A stretch of 37,665 nucleotides of DNA, taken from positions 1 to 37,665 of IMG/VR virus record IMGVR_UViG_3300020045_000748; one strand, given 5' to 3'. Positions 18,162-28,084 of this stretch are shown here, piece after piece. Source of the DNA: a virus. Its lineage: Duplodnaviria; Caudoviricetes. Position numbers and translations under genes: made by a program. The notes beneath the pieces were generated by a model, which saw nothing but the letters and a program-made list of their open reading frames with translations, was not told where the DNA came from and searched no databases. Numbering within the stretch: position 1 is the first letter of the stretch; the number at the start of each line of letters is the position of its first letter.

Positions 18162-21100
18162 CTCAGAACTTCTAATAAACGGTAAGCGCGCAGACGTGGG
18201 CCCCGACTTCGGTATAAGATTAAATCGCCAACTATTAAACCCGAGCGAGTTAAATACTAAGGACGCGCAATTTAGCTACAGTGTAACGCTGCCCCCCACT
18301 GATAATAATCATAGTATTTTTGAGCATGCTAATATCGAAGAGACACGCGACAAATTTAATAAGGTCTACAAGGCCGAGTATATCGTTAACAGTATTCGAG
18401 TATTCCCGCCCGCGGGTTCCGTTGGCTTATTGCGTTTGTCGGATATTAGCGGCGGCGCGTATAAGGGTAATTTATATGTGCCCGTTCAAAAGACGGTAAA
18501 AGACATTTTCGGCGAAATAAAGTTAAACGAAAACCCGCCGCTAGTACTGCCGTTCGAAGACTTTGCCGAGTACGTGAACCTTTACAACGAAGCGGCGGCC
18601 ATCGAACCACAGGCCGCAATATTCCCGTTTACGCTTTACGGGGTACTTTCTAAGCTACCACTAAACAAAGACGGCAACAGCTACAGCGCGCGCAATATTT
18701 GGGACGCGTCGGTACGTCTGGGCCTTCAAGACTTAGCGCCATCGATTAACCCGTTAATAATGCTTAAGCACATATTCAACGGCCAAGGGTACAACCTACA
18801 GGGCACTGCGTTTGACGACGAGCGACTGACTAAATTATACCAGTCATATAAAAACGCGGACACCTACGTACAGCCGTGGAACTATGGGCAACATGCAAAA
18901 ATACATGTGCGCGGGTCTTGGTCGTCCCGATACAACGCCCGCACAGGATTGGAACAACTAGAGCGCGGAGTTAGCCAAGGCAACGACCCCACAGGCATAA
19001 CGTACGGGTGTAATTTATTCGATGCAACTAATACGGAGCTGGACATAGTAGAAGACAGCGGCGGGAACGTCTTATATAAAGAAGTTAACGACGCCACGGG
19101 GCGCGCATTTGTACAAGCACAAATACGCATTCCGACCGCGGGTTTTTATAAAGTTATGTTTAAAGCTAATTTAAAAGTAAGCGACGCGGAGAACTGGCGA
19201 ACAACGGACCCCGCTACTGGCGTTCAACACATGGGCGGACGGACGGAAAACGCGCGCAATGATTTTAATGACAATCTTTATGAAGTGCGACTCTGCCGTG
19301 ACAAAAATAGCGCGGACTTCGGTATATTGTCGCCAAAATTAAACGGGCTATTTTATTACGATAACATGCCTCAAAATCAAATTTTTGACGGGGCGAACAT
19401 TCCGAAATACTTCCCACAGATAGCGGACGGCCAAACTAATTTCGTGGACACTGCGCAAGACGCGGCGCACCTTATGGGCTTTAATTTCGGGAAGCATAAC
19501 GGCGAAAGTACCGAGTACCGAAACCCCCGCGCGGGCAACGTTCCGAACGAACAAATATTAATCGCGAAACCCGCGGTAAGTTGGGACGCTTCGACTAACT
19601 CGGACAAGGTTACGCGCTTGGCCGTCCAGTCTTCGGGCTGGTGGAAGTATGGCCGTATAGGGTCCTTTGACAGTGAAGGCGACAACCCAGACACCGACAT
19701 CGACTACAGCGCGGGACCTTACGCCAACGGTAAAGAGTTAGACACCAACGGAAACCCACAAGACCCAAGCGTCGGTAATATAGGCGCCAGAATATACGGG
19801 TATTATATAAGCAGCGTTACGGGTTTTCAAACGCCATACCTCGGCTGGGCCGTAAGCGAATTTATAGAGATTGCGCTATATGACGCGCTAGCTTTTAGTC
19901 TACAGGCTACCGTAACCGACGACGCGGCCGTAACAGCTTTTTATGATGTTGATAAACAATTTATAGGTGCTGGCGTTTTAGGGCCGATAACGGGGTCGCC
20001 AGTTACGTACGTTAATGAAGCCTTGGTCGGGGTTCCTTTGGAAGCGGTTTACGTTAGAATTTCTGGCAGCACCGACGCCACCTTCGACATAACGGCTTTT
20101 AGTGCTGCCAACACCAACAGCATTTTACACCGCTTCGGGCTGTCTCGTTTTTACACATACCGTGTTGAAACGGACCCCGCCGACAATTACACAGGGTTTG
20201 CGTATATCCATAACGGGGGCGACGTGGGGCCTCTTTTGGTAGTGCCTTTCGTTGACGGGGTTGCGGAGTTCGACAGTACCTTCGCGCCTTTAACTACCGT
20301 CTCGCCCAAATTAACCCTTTATTTAAAAACGCCCGATTACGACGTTATCGGGACGCTGGTTATCTCGAGACGCATACAAGAGGGCAGCGAGGACGTTATC
20401 GACTGGGAGTTAACCGACAAGTACGAAATCGATTTACTGAACGCCCCCGCTAATTTCGCGAGGGTAGGGCAGCGCGAGGGGGTGCCCGCCCCCGCAGACT
20501 GGAACGCCGAGGGTGTGAGTAATGGCGTTGTTTGGTTTGACGCGGGCGAACTGTTAACGGTGGCCTCGGTATCTAGCGAAGGCCGTTACAGACGTGACGG
20601 GATGCACTCGACGTTTGGCTGGGTGTCTCACGACGTAGACTTCGATTTAAGCGTGCAACCGTTCCGAGTGGATAAAGACTGGTTAAAAGTCGATTTGAGG
20701 GGCAACGGTACCGCCGTAATGGACTGGAACGACGCGCCGAACTTCGACACCGATTTTATTAACTTGGTCGGGTTCCTTAATGCGGACCAAAAAACCGACG
20801 ATTATATTGATAATTTTTGTAAGGCGTTTAATTTGCGATTATCTCAAATTAGTAGTAATTCTTTTTCACTTGACGTAAAGCAAAATAAAACGGCGGTTAG
20901 TAGTTTGTTTATCAATTTGGATAAATTAACCAGCGTGAAGGGGCGCAATAATACGCCGCTAGGTTTGCCGTCCCAGTACAAAATAGGCTTTACCGTTAAC
21001 GCAGACGAAGAGGGCTACGCAGTAAGCGGAGACGACGGCGGGGGCTCTTTCGACACGGGAGTAAGTGACGGCGGTATTATAGAGCAAAAAAGTAATTTTT

Positions 21101-21579
21101 CTTATAACTGGTTTAAACAAATAACGCAAGGCTCGGTCTTTTTCGATTTGGCGGTAATATCTAAAGCGGACGTCTGGGCGCCAGCTATGCCATACCCCGA
21201 AGCCATGCGCAAGCGATACACGGACCTAGCGCATAGATTTTGGTACTATGACGGATTACTAAACGACAGCGGGGCGTCTTTCGCTTTTAACGGGGCCGAT
21301 TTGAAAATCGCCAAAGTTTCAAACGAAATCGAGGGCCTTAGTATCTTAAATTATAAAAATGTAAAATATACGATACTAGACAATTTTTTCACTCTGCTAA
21401 TAAATGGCTCGTCGCACTACACCGAAGTCGAGGGCTACGTCACACCGATACAATACGCAGCACTTGACGGGTCGATTATGGCGATGTTTAACGGCGACTT
21501 GTATTTCATTGCGGAACTAACGGGGTTCGACCCCAGCGCTAGAAATAAAACTAAAATAAAAATGATTCGTAAAATATAA
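18154..21579 (+). CDS. Large tail tip/hub protein
   Basis: 1141 aa; N-terminal LNRQ..P.EL...FSYS.TLP.T..N..IF; FCKAFNL near the C-terminus. Confidence 0.7.
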   Translation: MTNSELLINGKRADVGPDFGIRLNRQLLNPSELNTKDAQFSYSVTLPPTDNNHSIFEHANIEETRDKFNKVYKAEYIVNSIRVFPPAGSVGLLRLSDISGGAYKGNLYVPVQKTVKDIFGEIKLNENPPLVLPFEDFAEYVNLYNEAAAIEPQAAIFPFTLYGVLSKLPLNKDGNSYSARNIWDASVRLGLQDLAPSINPLIMLKHIFNGQGYNLQGTAFDDERLTKLYQSYKNADTYVQPWNYGQHAKIHVRGSWSSRYNARTGLEQLERGVSQGNDPTGITYGCNLFDATNTELDIVEDSGGNVLYKEVNDATGRAFVQAQIRIPTAGFYKVMFKANLKVSDAENWRTTDPATGVQHMGGRTENARNDFNDNLYEVRLCRDKNSADFGILSPKLNGLFYYDNMPQNQIFDGANIPKYFPQIADGQTNFVDTAQDAAHLMGFNFGKHNGESTEYRNPRAGNVPNEQILIAKPAVSWDASTNSDKVTRLAVQSSGWWKYGRIGSFDSEGDNPDTDIDYSAGPYANGKELDTNGNPQDPSVGNIGARIYGYYISSVTGFQTPYLGWAVSEFIEIALYDALAFSLQATVTDDAAVTAFYDVDKQFIGAGVLGPITGSPVTYVNEALVGVPLEAVYVRISGSTDATFDITAFSAANTNSILHRFGLSRFYTYRVETDPADNYTGFAYIHNGGDVGPLLVVPFVDGVAEFDSTFAPLTTVSPKLTLYLKTPDYDVIGTLVISRRIQEGSEDVIDWELTDKYEIDLLNAPANFARVGQREGVPAPADWNAEGVSNGVVWFDAGELLTVASVSSEGRYRRDGMHSTFGWVSHDVDFDLSVQPFRVDKDWLKVDLRGNGTAVMDWNDAPNFDTDFINLVGFLNADQKTDDYIDNFCKAFNLRLSQISSNSFSLDVKQNKTAVSSLFINLDKLTSVKGRNNTPLGLPSQYKIGFTVNADEEGYAVSGDDGGGSFDTGVSDGGIIEQKSNFSYNWFKQITQGSVFFDLAVISKADVWAPAMPYPEAMRKRYTDLAHRFWYYDGLLNDSGASFAFNGADLKIAKVSNEIEGLSILNYKNVKYTILDNFFTLLINGSSHYTEVEGYVTPIQYAALDGSIMAMFNGDLYFIAELTGFDPSARNKTKIKMIRKI

Positions 21580-21583
21580 AATT

Positions 21584-24500
21584 ATGGCAAGCACAGGCAA
21601 AAAAGAATACACCCTCAAAATAAACGGGGTTGCGCAGAATATCAAAGACGTTACCAAACTAGAAGAGACTTTAAACGCTCTCGATATTTCGCTGGCTAAA
21701 ACGCGTGAGACTTCCGTTAAAGCAACGGTCGAAACCCGCAAGACTACGCAAGCGCTAACCGACGAAGAGAAAGCAGCCAAGAAACTAGCAGACACCCAGA
21801 CGCGTATCGAGCAAGTAAATAGCGAAGCCAACCGCGCCCAAATCGAAGCCAACCTCACATTAAGAGAAGCCACCCGAGAAACGACGCGAAACATCGCCGT
21901 AAACAATTTGGCCGAGGGGTCTATCCGTCAGATGGGTATGCAATTAACGGACTTAAGAAACGCCTATGAATCTCTAACAGCCGCCGAAAGACTGGACGAA
22001 GAGCAAGGCGGGCGACTACTTACCCAAATACAAGCGTTAGACGTAGAGTACAAAGCGTTAAGAGAAAGTACGGGTAATTTTCGCGATAGTGTCGGGAACT
22101 ACGAAAAGGGTCTAAAAGGACTTAACGATTTAAAAGATAAATTCGAACTAGCGGCGCGCGGGTCGGTTAACCTTGCGTCGGACGTGGTGGGGTCTAACGA
22201 GGCGCTAGACGTTTTCGGGTCCACCACCGACGCCGTGGCTAAGTCTTCCGAGCAACTGGCGGGCGTTATGGCACTGGCTACCATCGCCGAAGAGGCCTAC
22301 AACGCCATAGTAATTGAGGGTATTGTTACGCAGAAAGCCGCCGCCGTTATGGACGGCATACGCGCCCTACAACTTCGAGCGAAGACCGCAGCGGAAGCAT
22401 TAAGCACTAAAGGCACCATCGCGGCCACTGCGGCACAATGGGCCTTAAACGCCGCCGCATACGCTAATCCGTACGTACTCTTAGCGTTGGCCCTCGCTAC
22501 CGTAGTGGGTGCCGTTTACTTACTGGCGACGAGCACAGATACCGCCGCCGAAAAACAAACAGAATACAACGCGATACAAGCTATTTACTTGGACCAGTTA
22601 GACGCAGAGGCGGCCAAATTAAAAGAGGTAAGCGACGCCAGAGTTAAGGGCCTCGAAACGGACTTAGCCGTATTGAACGCCAGAGGCGCCAAACTCGAAG
22701 AGATACGCAAAGCCGAAACGCGTTTAGCGAACGAACGCGAATTTGCCAACGCAGAACAAAGGGGGTTTTATAGTGACGAAATCGCAGACCTCGAGAAAAA
22801 CCGCGCGAAGGTCGAAGAGTTCCGCGCAGTACTGGCAAAGCTAAATATAGAGAAAGCCAAAGGCGAAGACAAAATAAAAATAGACTTAGACCTAGACGGT
22901 AAAATCGACAAGGTAAAAATTGACGAGGCCATAACCGCAGTACAAGGGTCTATCGACAATTTAGGGCGTAAAGTAACCGTCGCGCTAGACATTAAAAACG
23001 AAGAGGTAGAACTAGCGGCACAAGCTAAAATCGCAGCGGCCCAGAGAATAAAACAAGACGCAGACGCCAGCAAAGAAAGGGCCGACAAAGCGAGAGACGC
23101 CAGAGCCGCGGAACTATCCGCCGTTAGGTCTGGACAAGACGCCCGTATCTCTTTAATCGCCAACAGCTACGAACGTGAACGCAAAACGATACAAGTGACG
23201 ACGGCCCGCAATATCGAGGATTTAAAAATAAGACTAGCGAACGAAACTAATTTAACCGCCAAGGCCCGCCAAGCGATTAACGACACTATTAAAACGTTAG
23301 GCCTTATTCAAAATAAAGAACTTAAAGCACTGGCGGACGAACGCAAAGCGGACGAACTCGCAACAACTCGGGCGGCACAAGACAGCGAAACCGATTTGAT
23401 AATAAGCGGCGGAGAAAAGAGACGCACCGAGATAACAACGCAGTACGCCCGAGAGGTCGAGGATTTACAAACACGTCTCGACACTGAAAAGAATTTAACG
23501 GCAAAACAGCGCGAAGACATTTTAAGCATTATATTAAACACCAGACGCAGACAAGACAAAGAACTGGCCGAACTAAACGCGGCGGCTCTGGAAGCCGAAG
23601 CAAACGCGGAACTCTCGGCGCTAGATAGTTTACTAGCAGCACGCCAGCAAAAAATAGGCGAGTTAAAAGTCAGAGAAAAAGACGGCTTTAAACTTATAGA
23701 CGTTGAAGCAACACGCGCCAATTATACAGCCGCTAACGCAGCACTGGCGGATTATGTCGATAACGTCAAAAAATATCAACAGGATTTGGAAACGGCACAC
23801 AAAGCGGTATTATTAACTTTAAAAGAGGGTACGCCAGAATACAAAGCCGAAGTACAAAAATACACCGACGCGCAACTGTCAGCAACCAAGAAAATAAAAG
23901 ACGCACAAAAAGAACAAGTCGAAAATACCAAGGCGTCCAAAGAGGCCCAAATTGAGCAATATAGAGAACTAGGCGCGAAGGTTTCAGAATACGCCCAAGT
24001 GGCGGCCGATTTAATCGGGGGTTTGGCCGATACCGTAAACATGGGTATTCAAGTTCAGCTGGACGATATGACTGCCCGCCTCGAAGCCATTAACGAAAAG
24101 TACGAAGAGGCCCAGCAAAGAAGGGAAGAGGCGGCTAAAAATGTGGAAGACATCGAAACCCAAATACAAAACGCAACGGGGGGCACTGCCACCGCTCTTA
24201 AGGAACAACTGGCCGACGCAATGGCAGCCCGCAACGAAGCCGCGAGGGAAGAGCAACGCCTAGCCAAAGAGAAAGAAAAACGCGAGGCCGACATCGCCAA
24301 GAAAGAAAAACAAATGAAGCGAAACGAGTTAATCGCCAACATAGCGGGCGGGTTCGCTAATACGGCGCTGGGTGTAACTAAAGCGTTATCATTACCGTTT
24401 CCGCTTAACTTGTACATTGCTGGTCTGGTTGGTGCTATGGGTCTGGTTCAAATTGGAATAATGACGAAGCAATTAACCAAACTATCAGACGGGGGCCCTA

Positions 24501-24835
24501 TTGTCGGACCGAGCCACGCGAACGGTGGCGTCAGTATAGGGCTGGGCTACGAAGCCGAGGGCGGCGAATACATGATTAATAAAAGAAGCTACGCGGCAAA
24601 CGGCGACTTGGTACGCTTCATAAACGAAAACCCGCAGAGTTTAACCGCGGGCGATTTATTGGGCCTTGTGCCTAGCGATAACGCCCCAGTCGGTAAGACC
24701 GAAGGCAGCCGAAACAACAACGCCGATATAGTCGCCGCAATCGAAAGCCTAGACATGCGCCCCGTGGTTTCTGTTACAGACATTAACGACGTTAATAGTC
24801 GTCTGGCTGACGTTAAAGACCTCGCGGGGTTCTAA
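21584..24835 (+). CDS. Tail tape measure protein
   Basis: 1083 aa Ala/Glu/Lys coiled coil; GS..Q..L, VGNY, ANPY..L TM segment, GG.I.GPSH..GG...EAEGGEY.IN C-terminus. Confidence 0.9.
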   Translation: MASTGKKEYTLKINGVAQNIKDVTKLEETLNALDISLAKTRETSVKATVETRKTTQALTDEEKAAKKLADTQTRIEQVNSEANRAQIEANLTLREATRETTRNIAVNNLAEGSIRQMGMQLTDLRNAYESLTAAERLDEEQGGRLLTQIQALDVEYKALRESTGNFRDSVGNYEKGLKGLNDLKDKFELAARGSVNLASDVVGSNEALDVFGSTTDAVAKSSEQLAGVMALATIAEEAYNAIVIEGIVTQKAAAVMDGIRALQLRAKTAAEALSTKGTIAATAAQWALNAAAYANPYVLLALALATVVGAVYLLATSTDTAAEKQTEYNAIQAIYLDQLDAEAAKLKEVSDARVKGLETDLAVLNARGAKLEEIRKAETRLANEREFANAEQRGFYSDEIADLEKNRAKVEEFRAVLAKLNIEKAKGEDKIKIDLDLDGKIDKVKIDEAITAVQGSIDNLGRKVTVALDIKNEEVELAAQAKIAAAQRIKQDADASKERADKARDARAAELSAVRSGQDARISLIANSYERERKTIQVTTARNIEDLKIRLANETNLTAKARQAINDTIKTLGLIQNKELKALADERKADELATTRAAQDSETDLIISGGEKRRTEITTQYAREVEDLQTRLDTEKNLTAKQREDILSIILNTRRRQDKELAELNAAALEAEANAELSALDSLLAARQQKIGELKVREKDGFKLIDVEATRANYTAANAALADYVDNVKKYQQDLETAHKAVLLTLKEGTPEYKAEVQKYTDAQLSATKKIKDAQKEQVENTKASKEAQIEQYRELGAKVSEYAQVAADLIGGLADTVNMGIQVQLDDMTARLEAINEKYEEAQQRREEAAKNVEDIETQIQNATGGTATALKEQLADAMAARNEAAREEQRLAKEKEKREADIAKKEKQMKRNELIANIAGGFANTALGVTKALSLPFPLNLYIAGLVGAMGLVQIGIMTKQLTKLSDGGPIVGPSHANGGVSIGLGYEAEGGEYMINKRSYAANGDLVRFINENPQSLTAGDLLGLVPSDNAPVGKTEGSRNNNADIVAAIESLDMRPVVSVTDINDVNSRLADVKDLAGF

Positions 24836-24852
24836 GTTGCAAAATTTAAAAT

Positions 24853-24861
24853 TTATCTTTA
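24853..24861 (+). promoter_or_regulatory. Putative late promoter motif TTATCTTTA (head operon)
   Basis: Exact motif 5 nt before ATG 24867. Confidence 0.65.
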
Positions 24862-24866
24862 CTACT

Positions 24867-26030
24867 ATGAGAAATCCTAAACACCCCGTTTACGACTGTA
24901 AAATACGCGCCACCGATAACACGGGCATTTTTGCCATGTCGTTTGTAGAAGTTCCCGCCGTCGAAGAACTTTTCGTGGCCCTTAACGCTGCGCATAAAGT
25001 CACCCTCGTTAAAAATAAGCATAAGCAAATTTTAACGGGCGTTGTTCTTAAACCGAAACAATTAATTTACAGAAACGACGACCAGCTAGGCGAATACTAT
25101 ATTCGATACACTGCGGAAGACATCGAGCAAATTGCACAAAAAATGATGCGTACGGGCGTAGCGTTACGAACCACGACCCACGAACACGAAAGCCCCTTAA
25201 AAGGAAACTATTTAACGGAAGTTTGGATAGTTGAAGACCCGAAACGAGACAAAGCCGTCGCGCTAGGTCTGGGCGAATTGCCGAAAGGTACTTTATGCGC
25301 GTCTTACAAAATAGAAAGCGCTAAATACTGGCGCGAACAAGTGTTAACGGGTAAAGTGAAAGGCTTTTCTTTAGAAGGATTTTTTAATTATAAAACAGTT
25401 ATTATGAGCAAACCACAAATGACACCAGCAAAAACGGCGGCAGCCCTAGGGAAAAAACCTAGTGCGGTCGTTTCGTTTTTAAAATCCGTTACGGCTATGC
25501 TGGAAGGAGACAGCGAGGCAGCAGCGGAAGCAGTGGCCGCCGTAGCGGCAACAGACGAGGCCGACAGCGGTACACCTTTTTTAATTTTCACACTGGCCGA
25601 CGGGACCGAAGTATCAGTCGACGAGGACGGCTTCGCAACTATGGACGGCGAACAAGTGCCAGCGGGTGAGCACGCCCTAGACGACGGCAACATCTTAGTA
25701 ATAGACGACGCGGGCCTTATGGTAGTGACTACCGACGAAGTGGAAGCAGTAGAGCCAGAGGCAGCGGCAGCAGCTTTGAAAGCGGCGGCGGTGGAGCGTG
25801 GAAAAGCATTACTTTCGAAACAAAAAGCGCCAGCAAAGCCAGACCCTAACGCGGCTAAAATCGCATTATTGCAAGCGCAAATCGCGAAACTGAAAGCACA
25901 GCCTAGCACCGTTAAGCAAAAGCAAAACGTAACGGGGGCAGCAGCGACCAAAGACCCCGAGAAAATGACGCACACCGAGAAAATGGCCGCAGCTATCGCA
26001 GCCAGACGCGAACGTCAAGACGCGAAGTAA
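24867..26030 (+). CDS. Prohead protease (XkdF/S78-like) fused to a scaffold region
   Basis: ATG 24867 (MRNPKHP), 387 aa; S.VE.PA.E, L.G.V..P...IYR, EH, G.VKGFSLEG; acidic/Ala-rich C-terminus; precedes the capsid gene. Confidence 0.82.
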   Translation: MRNPKHPVYDCKIRATDNTGIFAMSFVEVPAVEELFVALNAAHKVTLVKNKHKQILTGVVLKPKQLIYRNDDQLGEYYIRYTAEDIEQIAQKMMRTGVALRTTTHEHESPLKGNYLTEVWIVEDPKRDKAVALGLGELPKGTLCASYKIESAKYWREQVLTGKVKGFSLEGFFNYKTVIMSKPQMTPAKTAAALGKKPSAVVSFLKSVTAMLEGDSEAAAEAVAAVAATDEADSGTPFLIFTLADGTEVSVDEDGFATMDGEQVPAGEHALDDGNILVIDDAGLMVVTTDEVEAVEPEAAAAALKAAAVERGKALLSKQKAPAKPDPNAAKIALLQAQIAKLKAQPSTVKQKQNVTGAAATKDPEKMTHTEKMAAAIAARRERQDAK

Positions 26031-26094
26031 TACCCCGAGTTAAAAAAAATCAATTTACGCATTTGCGTACAACCAAAAATTAAATATTTCACTT

Positions 26095-27378
26095 ATGGCA
26101 AACATGTATAACATTAACGGCCTAACCTACACAGCAAAAGAAAACCCCGAGTGGTTTACACGCGCAATGTTTGGCGGGCGTTTAGTTGCGGGCGGATATA
26201 TTCGCGTCCTAACAGGCATTAAAGGCGACGAACTTTTGAGCCAGATAGACTTAGAAAATAAGATTTTACAAATTGACGGTAAAGACTGCGCTTGGTCGCC
26301 TAACCAGATAATCAAATTATCGGAGAAAAAAGCCAGCGTAACAACGTACAAAATTAATCTAGAAGAGTGTATTGACACCCTAGAGAATAAACGTACACTT
26401 TACCAATTAAGCGAGGGCGCAACTAACGACAGTCTGCCCGCAGACCTAGAGGCTGCAACTTTGGCGCTTATTGCTATCGGTCTATCGAATGAGATAGAAG
26501 AAATGGTAATCGGCGGAAACTCTGCAACGGACGCCAACCAGTTCGACGGTATGGTGGAAACGCTTTTAAAATCTAGCGAAGCGGCTAAAATCGTCGGGCC
26601 CGTTTTAACACAGGCGAACGTTTTAGAGACGGTTCAATCGGGTTACGATAAAGTACTCGAAGACGTTTTACAAAGCGAAGACGCGGGCACGCTTTACGGC
26701 TTCGTATCTTATGGAACGCGTCGTAAATTACGCGGGGCTTTGTCTGGATTAAACAGCCAAGTAATTGCGCCGAACTGGTCGCTAGACGACTCGGACAAAC
26801 GCAACCCTAAAATTTTCTATTTAGGTATGGAAATGGTACCCGTTAAAGGTATCGGAGCGAACGACATTATTATCATAGATGGGCTTAACGCTTACTTGTT
26901 AACTGATTTGTTGAGCGACTTAGACGGTATCGAATTGGGTAACTTCCCGAAACCGAACGACGATAAGGTATTTATCAAAGGGCGTTTGCGTTTGGGCTTC
27001 GTAATTCCGTTCGAAGACGAAGCGGTAATCGTTTCGCCAAGAGTAACGACAGCGCAAGACAGCGGGGCGGGTAGCGACGATTTACGTCTAATTCCTAACT
27101 CGTTAGTGTTTAGTGCGGCGGGTGAAACTAAAACGGCTACGGTAATTACCAAAGACGCGGCGGCGACTATCTCGTTAAGTGCTAACCCAGTCGGGTACAC
27201 AATAACGGCGGGCGCTACGGTTGCGGGTGTAACTACCTTAACCATCGTTTCCACGGCTAACACTGGCGCATTTAACCCTAAAGTCGGCCAAATCGTTGTA
27301 ACTATCGACGACACCGACCGAAGCGGAGTAATTACGTTAGACACGCACAGCGAAGAGGTAACTAACATAGTACCCTAA
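26095..27378 (+). CDS. Major capsid protein with C-terminal Ig/BACON-like domain
   Basis: 427 aa after the protease; K.N.E.C...LE and FDG....L motifs; C-terminal LIPNSLVFSAAGETKT...NTG...G.IVVT. Confidence 0.82.
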   Translation: MANMYNINGLTYTAKENPEWFTRAMFGGRLVAGGYIRVLTGIKGDELLSQIDLENKILQIDGKDCAWSPNQIIKLSEKKASVTTYKINLEECIDTLENKRTLYQLSEGATNDSLPADLEAATLALIAIGLSNEIEEMVIGGNSATDANQFDGMVETLLKSSEAAKIVGPVLTQANVLETVQSGYDKVLEDVLQSEDAGTLYGFVSYGTRRKLRGALSGLNSQVIAPNWSLDDSDKRNPKIFYLGMEMVPVKGIGANDIIIIDGLNAYLLTDLLSDLDGIELGNFPKPNDDKVFIKGRLRLGFVIPFEDEAVIVSPRVTTAQDSGAGSDDLRLIPNSLVFSAAGETKTATVITKDAAATISLSANPVGYTITAGATVAGVTTLTIVSTANTGAFNPKVGQIVVTIDDTDRSGVITLDTHSEEVTNIVP

Positions 27379-27385
27379 ATTCTCG

Positions 27386-27413
27386 GGCGCGGGCTTCGGT
27401 TCGCGCCTTATTT
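27386..27413 (+). terminator. Intrinsic terminator after the capsid gene
   Basis: ggcgcgggc-TTCG-gttcgcgcc-ttattt; cUUCGg tetraloop. Confidence 0.75.
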
Positions 27414-27440
27414 AAAAATCTCACTTAATACTAAATTCTT

Positions 27441-28016
27441 ATGGGTGGTTGTAAATTAACTAAATCGTTAGACAATAAACTTTGCATTTACGCACTAGCT
27501 GGCGCGCGCGGGGTTTTCTTGGCTAATTACTACGGGCCCGTAACGGGAGCCGTGGCGGTACCGAACCAGATAGCCTACACAATTGACACCGACGGTTATG
27601 TCTCTGACATTGTGCTACCTACTGGCGAATACTTCTACAAAGTAGAGGGGGCCGAAAATACCGTTTCTTTCGTTGACGCGTTACTAGCTGGCGGGAACGG
27701 TGGTAAATACCGTCAACACACGTTAAACGCCGTAATCAACCAGCTTGACATCGACGTACTGAACGAGGGCGACGCGTTGAGTCTTGGCCGTTTTATCGCG
27801 GTTGTAATTACTAACGCTGGAAAAGCCGTACTACTAGGACGCACGGGCGGACTGGCAGCACCAGCGGGCGGGTTTGACTTCAACAGCGGGGCCGCAGAGG
27901 CAGACGCTACAGGCTGGACACTTATTTTACAAGGTTCGTCCACCGAGATAGCTAAAATTTTGCTGGACGAAACGGTAATAACGCCGCTTTACGTGGCACC
28001 AGAAATTATCCCTTAA
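27441..28016 (+). CDS. Putative major tail tube protein
   Basis: 191 aa; C...LAG...V.L.NY, FY.VE, AVV..N.G...LLG...GL, SG.A.AD..G.TL.L.G pattern. Confidence 0.65.
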   Translation: MGGCKLTKSLDNKLCIYALAGARGVFLANYYGPVTGAVAVPNQIAYTIDTDGYVSDIVLPTGEYFYKVEGAENTVSFVDALLAGGNGGKYRQHTLNAVINQLDIDVLNEGDALSLGRFIAVVITNAGKAVLLGRTGGLAAPAGGFDFNSGAAEADATGWTLILQGSSTEIAKILLDETVITPLYVAPEIIP

Positions 28017-28041
28017 TTTCCATTCTTTCTATTTTTTTATT

Positions 28042-28073
28042 AAAAGCGGTATTTTATAATATCGCTTTTTTTT
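28042..28073 (+). terminator. Intrinsic terminator
   Basis: aaaagcggtatt-ttat-aatatcgctttt followed by a T-run. Confidence 0.7.
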
Positions 28074-28080
28074 ATCTTTA
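28072..28080 (+). promoter_or_regulatory. Putative late promoter motif TTATCTTTA (tube paralog/spike operon)
   Basis: Exact motif 4 nt before ATG 28085. Confidence 0.65.
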
Positions 28081-28084
28081 ATAA

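Noticed and set aside
21517-25975. Many antisense and alternate-frame ORFs (e.g. 25388-25975, 23308-23721, and similar ones genome-wide)
   Set aside because: They are shadows of long, well-supported genes, with no motifs or expression signals.
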